Program-made: the position numbers and the translations under genes
DNA from: Chrysomallon squamiferum
Lineage: Eukaryota > Animalia > Mollusca
Length of the DNA: 64,000 nt
Direction: 5' to 3'
Assembly (NCBI GenBank): GCA_012295275.1
Contig: CM022670.1
Span: 41,540,001-41,604,000 of the forward strand
The notes under the pieces: generated by a model
Told to the model about the DNA's origin: nothing
What the model saw: the letters and a program-made list of their open reading frames with translations, nothing else
Databases searched by the model: none
In this document: positions 35,453 to 48,019 of the stretch, one piece after another
Position numbering within the stretch: position 1 is the first letter of the stretch
Layout: every line of letters starts with the position of its first letter

Positions 35453-38400
35453 AAGACACGCACATCTGTGCTGTTGAAGAAAATAAATATTTATAGTAAT
35501 ATTAAAGATTCTAATCTTAATACCTACAAATAGATTCTTTTTTTATGCTTATGGCTAAGAATTCATATTTGATATGAAGGCAGATTACCATGTTTGATAT
35601 ACAAGTAGTGTTAGTTTTGAAAAGAAAGAAAGTCATTGTGATAAAAATAAAATATTAATTAAATTTAAGAAGTTTTGAACTGCAAAACAAAAGCAAAATC
35701 GATATAGAGAAATATTTTCTGTTCTCCATTTTCAGTCAGCTGCTAATCAGGATTTAACATAAACATAAGAAATATTTGTGCAATTACAAATATATATTTA
35801 AGTATAATTATTGTAAATGGTTAACTGTCAGTGTATTTCTGTGCGAGTGTATCCAAAATCCACATATTACCAAAAACAGATTTTTAATTTTTTTATACTA
35901 ATTTTGTTTTATGAGGGGTTTTGCATTAAAAAACAGTCACTGAATGTTTACACATGTATCCTGAACTTTCAGTGTGAAATGATTACAAGTAATAGCACAT
36001 TTTTATTTGCAGAGCTGGTTACTTACTCTGCTTCACTTAGCACTGTGTACAGGTTTAAGGTAGATTTCATTAAAAATGTTAAGCTGCTTACACAAAAAAG
36101 CAGTTTTACTAAATAATGAAATAAAAATACTTAAGCTGTTCAGATTATGCCAGTTTCAGAAAAATCAACATTTTTTTTTTTTTTTTTGAGTGGCATTAAA
36201 AGCTGTTTAATACATTTGAGTCAAATCTGCATTTTATGTTGTCTTAACATAATCCTAACATATAAATTAGTTCTGATAAAAGTTGTTCTGGTCCTAGTAA
36301 AAGACTTTTTCAGACATATAATTATTGCCAAAAATAAAAATTGATTTACTTCATTTTAATTAAGAAATTACATTACTATACTTTCATTAACTTTATAAAT
36401 CAGTACAGTACAAATATTTAGGAAGCCCATTTTTTAAAAAAAAAATTTGTATTTATGTATGTAGATATGGGTGTATGGGTGTATAGATGAATGTATGTAT
36501 AGGTGTATGTATGGGTGTATATCTGTCTGTATGTATGTGCATACATATATTTGTGTATGTATATGTGTGTGTTCGTGTGAATATGTATGCATCTATCTAT
36601 ACATGTTATACATATATTATGTTGGTTAAAGTTTACATTAAAACCACTTGGGGAGCAATTAGTATCATGTAGTAATAGAGTTTTATAAGTATTATGAAGG
36701 AATGTAAATATCAAGGTTGAAAACACAGACTGCATTAAATATTCCATTAGTTACAAAACTGACATCATGATATTACATTTTTTTAATATTTAATTAAACT
36801 TTTTTTTTTTTTAATAAAATATATTTGAAAATGTATCTAAAATACTGATTTTTAAAAACAGTTGATGTTCAAAACATTGTAGGTTATAAATTTCTTACTG
36901 GGTTTATTTTTAACCATTTGAGATTTTTATTCATAAGCTTTTTTTTTTTCATTCCAAGTCCTAATTATTATTTATATTATCTGCTCAAATTATTTTACAA
37001 ATAACACTGACTTGAACATTATAAATACACAAACACATATAAAACCACAATAATTATGTTCACAGACATCTATATATAAAACACTCATACATAGCTCATT
37101 CACATTTATTATGATTCTTAAGAAAACAACAAAAATTAACATTTCCTATTTGACAGAAAGATAAAATTGTTAAAACACAAATGTCAGTGTAAAAGATAAT
37201 ACAATTGATTTTTACTGACCGACAAGCTTAATCCAGTTTTTTGTTTGGTTGGTCAGTTTTCACCTTTCCATTTCCCTGACAATGCACAACATTTAAAGAT
37301 TTCTTGTGTAACATGAAATTATTTTATTATCAGCCTTTCTCACCGATCTAATTAAATCCACCAGACTTACAAATTGTTTTACTCTGCTGGGCAATTCAAT
37401 TATTGATTTCTTTCTAATGGATGCAATACAGAAATGATTAAAAAAACAGTTTTTAGTGAAGCCTACAGTCAGTGAGATATGTATTACAACTCAGATTTCC
37501 TGATTAAAACAAGTTAACTAATGTTGTCGTAAACATGTGTATTGATGTTTAATCAGACACTGATATGTGAGAAACTCATTACAAAATATGTGTAATGAAG
37601 TAATAATGACTACTAACAAAGCAGTGTTACCTGGTGTAACAACATGAGAAATACAGTAATCAAGCCTAACTAAATATAATAGACATGCCAGATACATAAT
37701 ACAGCAAACTGTAAAAAATATGCTGAAATATTCTAAAAATAAACTTTTTAAGTTTAATTATATAATGGTATCTGAACATTTACTTTATGTTAATTTTAAA
37801 GTGATTATATTCTGAAATGTAGTGACGTAAGATAACAGCATCAGTTTAACTGAATGTGGATTTACATATTAATGTAGATGACAAAGGTAAACAAATTAAA
37901 GAGAGAATACCATCAGAAATATCATGGTGGAGACTTTACTTATTTATTTTTAACTCAATTGTCATGAAAAACAGGAAATAACAGCTGTGTGTGTATCATT
38001 GACTCTTATTTCACTGTTATACTTCATTATTAGAGAAAGTTCATCTTGGTTACAAACAAATTAACCACAAACAAATATATAAAATGTAATTAGACTCTGT
38101 ATTTGTATAATGACAAATACACATTACTGTAATTATTACATATTGTAACATGAAGGACCAGCTCTGTCAACACAGTATTAATAAAAAACAAACAATTTCT
38201 TTAAGCAACATGTAGCAGGCTGACAAGAATAGACTGAACTACACTCACAGTGAGTTTTAGCATGTATAGTTTAGAAATTATTATCTTTTTTGTAACAAAA
38301 AAAATAGTTAATTAAAAAAAATAAAAAATCAATGTTCATTATTTGGCCCTCAAAGATCATTTCAGTATTTTATTCTGGATTAAATAAAGATAATCTTTGA

Positions 38401-38774
38401 CAATGAAATGAATCTTGTTGCACCATATTTCATAAGTTTATTAAAAGAATATTTGTTGAATGTAATCTCAACAATTAACGCTTTCTTGCATAAATTTAAA
38501 GAAAAAAAAGGAAAACAACTGCCTTTTCAAAAAAGGCATTTACAAAAAGTAGTTTTTATTGCACACATTTATGAAAGACAATGTAGAAAGTTGTGAAAAA
38601 TTTTAACATGTGATTTGATTAATGAAAATAATTTTAACTTCACAAAGTACCAATGTTTCATTTATTAAACCTGTTGTTATAACAATGGTACATGTGCGAC
38701 ATTAAAATTACAGTAAAAAATAAAAATAAAAATGTAGTAATTGTAACAGTGATATTATATTACTAATTTTATAA

Positions 38775-41700
38775 TTATTCATTTATTTGTTGCTGTTGTA
38801 GTAGTTTTAAGAGCAACGGCCTGACAACTCCAAGCCCTATGTCAGGAGGACCTTGGCTGAAGACAGAAGAAGCTGAACTTGACAGATGTTTTTGTCTGAT
38901 GTCTGGTTGTTTCATTATTATCTCTGACAGTGTGAGAAAACTGAAAACACAAAATTAATAATTGCAGCAATACTGAATAAATTATAACGGTATATATACA
39001 CCTCCTCACAAAATCAATACTGTAGTTTTCAATATATATATAAATATGAATATGTAATTAATTATGGTTATTTGTACATTTGCCATTCTGTAACTTATTA
39101 CATTTAATGTATACCTCTGCCATGTTGGTACAAGTGCGAAAATCTCCTCAGCAAACTCAGCCAGTTCTTGATGCTGCAAAGACATAAAAATATAAACATG
39201 TGAAATCATCAGTAATTCAAACAGTTGCAGAAGATAATTTGTGGAAGAGAGGAAATAAGCAAAATATATCTATATATGATATCCCTTTGTTTTATCACGA
39301 ACATTTAAGAAAGTAAAATAGATGTAACAAATTTGATAGAATAATATAGAAAACTCTTAAAACAAAACACTAATATACCTAAGAGTAATAAAATAAATAC
39401 CTGAGTAAGTTCAGTCAGTGTGATGTAGATTAGATGTGGTTTCTCTGGATGATTTTTAACAAGTTCAACAGCTGACTTCCACTGCTTGTAATGTAAAAGT
39501 AACTTCAGAGCTTTCTCTATGTCATTATCTTCTCCACTACAATTAATCAATTATTTCATGAATAAATATTTTCTTATTAACATCTATATATACTGACATT
39601 AAGCTTATTAATACAATTTTATTTGAATCAACTATTTCACATAAATGCCAATGTAAAATCCACTTACCAGGCTGCAGTAAACTGAGCAGTAAAGTGGGCT
39701 ATTACTGTTTTACTCTGAATGGACTATTTCACATAAACACTGATGTAAAACCTGCTTACCAGGCTAGAATAAGCTCAGCAGTAATCTGACTGGCTACTGC
39801 TGGGTCACATGACCTGTCTGGACCGGGAAGACAACTCACAGCTCTTTTGTAATACTGATTCTAAAATAGAAAAATAAATAGAAATACCAAAATAAAACAT
39901 GGATATAAAATAAACTAATAAAAGATCTGTTTTAAATCAGAAATTAGGCAGCTTTGTATTTAAATTTGCTTATATACTCTGGATTAATAATAATGTTTGA
40001 TGATTCTAAATATGTTTTTAATAAAGAGGGCATTTTTAACAGTAGCTGAGTTGTATTTTGTTTCTTGTTTTATTAGAAATAGATTTAAAACTCACTGTGT
40101 GTTTTTTTCTCAGAAAAGCAGAAACTTCAACTGTCTGTTCACTAATTCTTTGTGCCTGTTTTACAAACTTTATCTGAATTTGATTTAAAAAAAAAAAAAA
40201 AGATTAAAATGAAAACAAATATATATATATAAGCCTCACATTTTAAATTTTATAAAATCAGAATCTTAAGACTAAAATAAAGATGAGAAAACAGCAAATG
40301 AAAAATAACAGAAAACAACTAAATGTTTAAAGACTGCCCAGTACTAAGAAGATGAAAAAGTCAATAAAGCCAGAAACATGAAAACTAATTAACTTATTTA
40401 TTGTAATTTATAACAGTTTTATTAAATAATGTCATGATATCTTAACAGTAATGTGAGACATGACAAAACAGAAATACATGAAAGTAATGATATTAAATCA
40501 AGATGGTTTGAGTGATACTAATAATATAAGATTATGTGTACTAACCAAACGCAAAGGATCAAGTTTGAAAAGAAGCCGACAGATGTGGTCAAAGTAGAGA
40601 GAACTGCTTCCTGTCTGAAACACACCATCATCATCTAGTCCCAGTACACGACACCATTTTGTCATGTCTGTCTGTCCATCATCTTCTGCAAGATCAATGT
40701 TCTCAAATTCATCAACTTACCAGTCTCATGTTTTTAACTTACCATTATCTGACCTGCTTTGAAAATATAAATAACTGATTCCGGCTGTTTGTATGTTAAC
40801 TATTAGTCACTAAACTAAATAAAAATACTTGTGTAATATTTTGAAGCTGTATCTACATGACTGATAATAAAATAAACAAGTAATTTAAATAATAACAAAT
40901 ATCACTTAAACAGTGTTCTTAAAGCTAAACTTATTAAACTTAATAAACCTAAGAAAACTTATACATTTGTAAATATTTAAAATAAAAAATATTTTAAATA
41001 TACACAATAGTCAAACAAATCTTGCCTTTGTCAAACTGTAATTCCTCACACAAAATCTGCAGCATCTCATCTGGGAACCACTCACTCATCCACAGTAGCT
41101 TTGCTTCTTGATCTGCGAGAGAGTGATTGTGTCTCAAAGACAGACACTCATGTATTTCTGATCTAACATTCCAGTCTTCACCCATATTAGTAATCTGAAA
41201 ATAAAGCAGAATATGGGAAAAAACAAAATAAATATATAATTAAATAACTAATTTTGAAAATAAAATAAACATTTTAATTTATTACACTTATATACACACA
41301 CTTACTGTGAAATGTGACTTCTTTCCAATAATCCATATGCTTCAAAGTACATAAACAAATCAAAATATGAACCACAATAGAAGAAGAAAATAAACTAATT
41401 TGTCAAATATTTATAAAATTTCAGTGTTACATGTGACTTTTAATACAGCTTTTAACTGATTCATTTTCTTGTTTTCATTTATCTAAACATGTAAACAAAT
41501 ATCATAAAGACCATAAATAAATTTTATAGACTTTACTAACATTTTCTTGCTCAAAGACATTCAAAAACAGTTCTTCCAGTCTCCAAAACTCAGATAAATA
41601 TGGATCTGTAAAGAAAGTTGTGCTAACTGCAGAAATGATCAGGCATTATTTAACACTGAGATATAAAACTATGTTTCAGATTATTATTAAAAATGAAAGG

Positions 41701-44700
41701 TTATATGTGACTGTGACAGACTGAAATAAAAAAGATTCTGTATTCATGAAAAGAGAAACTATCTTTCAAAAACTGAATATAAAAAAATAGGATAAGTCTT
41801 TTCCTGAATATTTATTGAATAAACTCAATAACGTGGCAGTGTATGATAAATTTCCTTATTGCCTTTTGGATGTTTAGTGTTTTTCTTCATGAACAATTTG
41901 TTTACAGAAATCAATTATTTCTTCTTTTCATTGTGTTATCCTAGTGTTTAAATTCAACAGAAAATATTTTAATAAATCATATAAACTAAATAATTCTGTT
42001 AATTCTTAAAACAAAGAAATGCTATGGAATAACAATTAGAAATAAATATAATGTTAACGTTTGGTCAGTCAAAACGTTAAAATTAATCAATCAGTATCTT
42101 ACTTGATTAATACTTATTATTTGTTAAATGACTTATTACATAGGTTTTTTTATTTCTTCAAACAAAATTTAAATAAATTGTTTTTTTATGTGGAAATACT
42201 TGAACCAAACTTTAAAAAATAAAGATTGAAATATTCTGCTAACCTACTATTTGTGACAACTTGGTCTTTGGATGTTTCGTCTGTTCATCCTTCCACATTT
42301 CATGTAAGTCTTCCAGTTTCTTCAAACTTTCTGATGTTTGCTCAGTGTGACGCATCTAAACAAGCATCAACTGTTTCATTTACAAAGTAAAAATTCAACA
42401 TAGCTTATAAAATCATTCACAATAATATCTGAAGCTATTTAAACACAAATATGTATTTCTAACCTAAACTCTGTACAGTTTCATTGTCAGGTGAAAAAAA
42501 TGTGATATCTGTAACTTATAGGTGAGACAATGAACATATTTACCTGGTTGAGGTGGACAATGTGAAGTGCATCGGTTTGGAAGTGTTTTCTTTCAGAAAG
42601 AGAAGAAAAATCTAAAGAGCATTTCCTGTCAGCTTCTCTCTGTAAATTAAATTGCTATTTTATATAATTGAAAAATAAGAAAAATTTTAAAATTTTAAAA
42701 ATAAATTTAAGAAAACATTTTTTTTTATTAAAAAATCCAAGTTAATTTTATGTAGTGTCAATTATATTAAACTAAAGATTTCTGTGTAAAATCTTTCCAG
42801 TAATAAATAAAACTTGCCTTCTGCGTAAAAATCCTACCTGTATTAAATAAAAATGGTTTTCTGTGTAAAATCTTACCTGTATTTAATAAAAGTTATTTAT
42901 TGTGTATATTCTTACTTGTATTAAATAAAAGTTGTTTTCTGTGTAAAATCTTACCCGTATTAAATAAAAGTTGTTTTCTGTGTAAAATCTTACCTGTATT
43001 TAATAAAGTTATTTATTGTGTATATTCTTACTTGTATTAAGTTGTTTTCTGTGTAAAATCTTACCTGTATTAAATAAAAGTTGTCTTCTGTATAAAATCC
43101 TGCAACAGCTGTTAAAGACAAACATGTTACAAAACCCTTGACTGCACCTCTATCAGGGGAGACAACCTCTGTCAGCAGATTCCCAGTAAGGACATCATAT
43201 ATCCTATAAAATAATAAAAAAATAAAATAAATTTAACATTGTCTTTGTTTTCTTTTTTAATTTTATGTTGTTTTTTTGTGGGTTTTTGTTTTAAATGCAC
43301 ATAATATACCCCAAAAATAAAAAATAAAAATAAAAATAAAATAGAATAAAAGAATAAACACCCCCAAACAGACAAATAATTTGTTTTCTGTTTTAATGAT
43401 CTTCTCCATATATGAATATAACAATACATTTTCTATTTTGATTTGATAAATATACAAAAACAATGAAAAATCTAGATATTACTTTATTATATTATTTATA
43501 TTACAAGTGAGCTTTACCTATCCACAGCTGTAATAACTTTGAATTGTTGAATGAAAAAAAAAAAAAAAAAAAAGAAGGAAAAAACTTTGATGTTTACAGC
43601 AGGTTTGAAATACCTGATAATATTTTCACTGACAAATCCAATGACCTGATTTGACAGAAACCATGGACAGTCAGACGAACCTCTGTGAGTTATTTTCCCT
43701 GATTTAATCATTATATCATTTTTGCTTTCTGAAACAGATAATGTTATACTTGTTTTTATATTAAATAAATAAAATATATTACAGTTATCTAAAAACTAAG
43801 AACATCTTCCTATCACATGTAAATAGATTAGCAGATAAACAGGTAAATGCATTTAAAACAGACCCCCCAAATCTCCATTAAAATAAAATAAAAAAATGAG
43901 GAAATACAAAAGATATAAAAAATCACAAATGTAATTTATAAAGCTAAAATGTTTTGTTGAATTTGATCAAAGGGCAACAACTCTTTTAACAAACAGCTAA
44001 ATTAACTAAAAACATATTATTATTATTAATATAATCAAAGAGGAATAACTCTGTTATAAATTAATCTTTGATACAAACCTGTGCCAAAACAAGTATAAAA
44101 TTAACAATTTAATATTATAGAAAAGAATGAACTAAAACAAAGATGGCTTACCTTTACTAGACTGATAAAGTCTGATGTTGCCATCTGCATAGAGAACAGC
44201 CACAGTCTGATGTCTGTGATCAAACCTGATGTCCACAACTCCAGTTAACTGATATGTCTAAAATATAAAGTTTTTAATTAGCTGAATATTATTTTTTTAT
44301 TACAGTCTTAAGAATATAAAACTTGGATAAATCCTTGAACAAGCAGACTTTACCCAGTAACCACTGTTTACTGCATAATAAACAGATCATTCTTGTAACA
44401 ACAGAATTTATTTAATAACAGTGTTTCTTAGTAACAGTATGTTTTTCTTAGTACTGTAGCACCATTTTTAACAATAGTGTTTACCTGAGTAACAATTTAT
44501 CTTAGTACAGTAATATTTAATAGATTTGTGTTAGTACCAGTCATTTTAAAACTAAGATTAAGTTATTGCTCTTAAAACTGTTAAGTACTAAAAGAGAATT
44601 TCAGTGCTGGTTTCTACTCCAAACTAACTGGGAGATTTATAAGAAATCATATTATTTTTCCAGTGTACAAATATCACTAATGAAAAAGCCTCAAACACAA

Positions 44701-47027
44701 AACTTTAGTAAAAAAAATGGGTAAATGAAAGAAAACTTTTACTTGTTACCTTGGTGACCTGAGAAAGACTGTGTAATAGCAGAGATCTGAAATCTACTTT
44801 CTGCGATGACACAAATTTGTTCATTTCAAGTCTTGAGTCACCAACAAACATGGTCACGTGGTCAACATCGTGACTGATGACGAGGGAAATGTGTACAGAG
44901 TCTGAATGAGGTCTGTAGAGTGAGAGAGTTTTAATTAATTTGTAATATTAATTTTGTAATAATTTTGTTTATATTTAACAGTGTTTATCTAATATTTTTG
45001 CTACATTTTGTCAAAATCTGTTATAAAAGTAATAATTTAGTTAAATTTAAATGAAATGATGTTAAAATTTACAAAAAATAAATAAAACTTTTTTCTTCAT
45101 CTAAACAAAAGTTATTTTTGTATATGATATTTACAGATACAGATAAAAACTGATATTTAAAGTAATAAAAATATTTGAAAGAAAAAGAAAAGTTAACAGA
45201 GTAGTGGATCAAGACTTTTGTTAGAAATAAAAAAAAATTACCGAGATGAAATGAACAAATTGTTCCCGACTGGGAACACATCGCTAGGTGGACAGTTGTG
45301 AACTACAGCAACAGCAGGTCCAACGTCTTTTTTCTTTAACCCATCAACATCTGAAGAAAGATCAAGTAGAAATAACTATTGTCTGAACTAGTCTAGTTTA
45401 CAGTTACTGCTGCTGCTGCTACTATTACTGCTACAAAATTACAGTATTATTACTATCATTGCAGTCGCTCTACAATTATTAGTATTCTGCTACTTCTGAT
45501 ACTACAACTACTAGCCTATTACTACTACCACTACTGCTGCTATTACTTCTACTACCACTACTATTACAACTTCTTCTGTCACTACTATGACTGCTACTAC
45601 TGATATTACTGTTGCTGCTACTACTACCACAATACTTGATTAACATCTACCTGATGGTAAACTTCTTTTACACACACAACAGAGAGGTGAAGCAAGGTTA
45701 GTGGATGTTCTAGTCTCACACCAGTACACTGTGTTCTGTGATGGATGGACGGACACACTGACAACCTGTGTTACAGCTGTGTTACAGATATCAAACTCAC
45801 ACAGCTTGTCCCACTCGTAACTCTGAGTGAACTGCAAACACTGAACATGGCCGTTTTCCTGAACCTGAAAGTATTATTAAAAACCTTCATGTGTAAAATA
45901 TTTCTTTATTATTTTATTAGACTAAATATGGAGATATGGATCTTTACTAAAATATTTGAATCTCTGCTTCTTGCTGGAAATAATTTCCTTGCTATGAAAT
46001 CAGTTGTTAGTAAGAGGTATTTTATAAATGTTTCTCTGCAGCCAGAAAAACACATCTCTCTTCCTCTGAACAGTTCTAAAATAAGAAAGTCAAAGACTTA
46101 CAACAAGGATGACATGTTGGTACTGTTGAGATGTAATTATGTCTAAAATGGGTGGAGTCAGGTTTTCAATGACTGGTTTCTCTTGATCCGTGTTCTGCAA
46201 TAATAATTTATAAAACATTATCCATGTTTATATCATAATTAGATTATAAGCTAATAGAGCTATGTCAAGTAATTTACAAAACATTGTATACATTTATATC
46301 ATAATTAGATTAAATGCTAATGAAAGTATATAAAATAATTTATAAAAATATTATGTACATTTATATTATAATTAGTTTATAAGCTAATAAAAATATCCAA
46401 AATAATTTATAAAACATTATGTATGTTTGTATCATAATTAGATTAAATGCTCATAAAATGTGTAAAATAATTTATATAATTTCTTTGGAAATTGTTATTA
46501 ATTTTCAACAATTCTAATAAATAAAACAGTAGTTTGCAAAGTTGGTAATATTTTTCACAAGGTGTATTTAGAATTTGTGTGTAAGTGATGAAAATAATTA
46601 ATTTGCAGTTTTTTGCAGTTTCTTGTATTTTCATTTCATGTGTATTGTAAATTAGAATTATTTATAGTTTTACAAAATGGCTGGAATGGTGTAAGTGGCA
46701 CAGTGACATTAAAGTTTGGCAATTTCTGATATAAACAGATTATTTATTTCACACCATGAACTCTAATTAGACTTTTTCATGTACAAGTATATACCTTTAA
46801 ATGTTTATAATTATCTTTTACCAAAGAATAAGACTATGTTTGTTTTATTTATAGGGTTTTAAAATGACTGTGGCTAACATACTGAATAAACTTGTTGAAA
46901 CCAATCAGACTTGCTGTACTGCAAAACTACAACGTGTGTTATATTTGTATTTATAGTGAATAATGTGTATAGACATTTAAGTGCATTCTTGTTTTTTGGT
47001 ATGTAAAACAATGTATCGTACCTATGA

Positions 47028-47108
<81 letters not shown>

Positions 47109-47334
47109 AAAAAACAGAAAACAACAAACCTGCTGTCTGTTGACAGGGACACAGTCAAATGAGAATAATATGGATCCATTGTCATAGCTGACTAAAAGAT
47201 GACCTGAGATAAGCCAAGTTCTGTGAATATTACCATGGTTACCATGAGTAACATCTTCAAATACCTGAAATTTTTTGATATATTTTCTTTATTTTGACAA
47301 CCTTCAATAAATTATAATTTCATCTAATAGTTGT

Positions 47335-47395
<61 letters not shown>

Positions 47396-47757
47396 TAAAT
47401 GTCTCACAATTTAATCATGTATATCCAAGTATGGTAAATCTTTTTGCTCTGTTAAAGTTGAATATTATAAAATACAAAAACTGAGACAACATAAACAACA
47501 TTGCTGTCCTTTTAATACTCGTTCAGATTACAGTAGTAAAATCGCATTCGGTGGCAAACTTTATGGCGATGCTGATTTGGGAAAAGGAGGAACTCTCAAA
47601 CAGTTTTAAGAAAACGAAAATAAAACAACAATTATTACTAGATGGTTAAACTTTTAAGTCGATATTATAATACATAGATATATTTACACGATTATCTTAC
47701 TTCGTTATGGGCAACTGGCAGAATATCAATTAAATTATGGATGGAAAACGACGTCAT
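38775..47757 (-). CDS. HPS6: BLOC-2 complex member HPS6 homologue (Hermansky-Pudlak syndrome 6), 750 aa, 19 exons
   Basis: Exons 47757-47701, 47264-47130, 46194-46102, 45864-45651, 45350-45242, 44912-44750, 44257-44152, 43728-43614, 43203-43065, 42639-42544, 42355-42244, 41605-41541, 41194-41026, 40685-40546, 40173-40096, 39860-39760, 39536-39401, 39173-39115, 38940-38775. Total 2253 nt, phases consistent, no internal stop. Collinear resemblance to remembered human HPS6 motifs: VYWCE..CVCKRSLP, VVHNCP, DFRSLL, YDVLTGNLL, FDHICRLLFKLDPLRLIKFV, YKRAV, KQWKSA, LGVVRPLL. Confidence 0.85.
42765..43103. repeat. 39-bp tandem repeat built from the end of HPS6 exon 9 and its splice donor
   Basis: Minus-strand unit GTAAGATTTTACACAGAAAACAACTTTTATTTAATACAG, ~8 copies. 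The first copy is the coding end of the exon. Confidence 0.9.
46200..46480. repeat. Degenerate ~66-bp tandem repeat, ~4 copies, abutting the HPS6 exon 3 acceptor
   Basis: AATAATTTATAAAACATTAT...TATCATAATTAGATTA..GCTAAT recurs. Confidence 0.75.
47031..47106. repeat. (CT)n microsatellite in HPS6 intron 2
   Basis: Direct reading. Confidence 0.95.
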
Positions 47758-47961
47758 AAATGCTGTTTTATAAATGTTTATACATTACTTCCGTATTTAG
47801 AAAAGAAATAGACTGTTTCCATGCTAGTGGAAAGCGTAATTTAAACTTGTAACAATAAAGCTGAAGAAGTTACCGAATACAAAAGTATGCTTATTCTTTC
47901 GTTGCTTTAAATGCTATGGCCGATAATATACATGGCAGAGAGGAGGGGTGTGTATGTGTGT

Positions 47962-47964
<3 letters not shown>

Positions 47965-48017
<53 letters not shown>
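47965..48017. repeat. (TA)n microsatellite upstream of HPS6
   Basis: Direct reading. Confidence 0.95.

Positions 48018-48019
<2 letters not shown>

Noticed and set aside
35817-36116. 99-aa plus-strand ORF with a possible internal exon (TTTGCAG|AGCTGG...ACAG|GT)
   Set aside because: No partner exons, no recognisable protein, and AT-rich codon usage.
37214-37258. Short inverted repeat ACTGACCGAC...GTTGGTCAGT
   Set aside because: Only a 10-14-bp stem, too short for a pre-miRNA and expected by chance in 64 kb.
41306-41339. Possible 34-nt exon (TTGAAG|CAT...ACA|GTAAGT) in an HPS6 intron
   Set aside because: It would shift the frame and the acceptor is weak. The flanking exons already join in phase without it. 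A poison exon cannot be excluded without RNA data.
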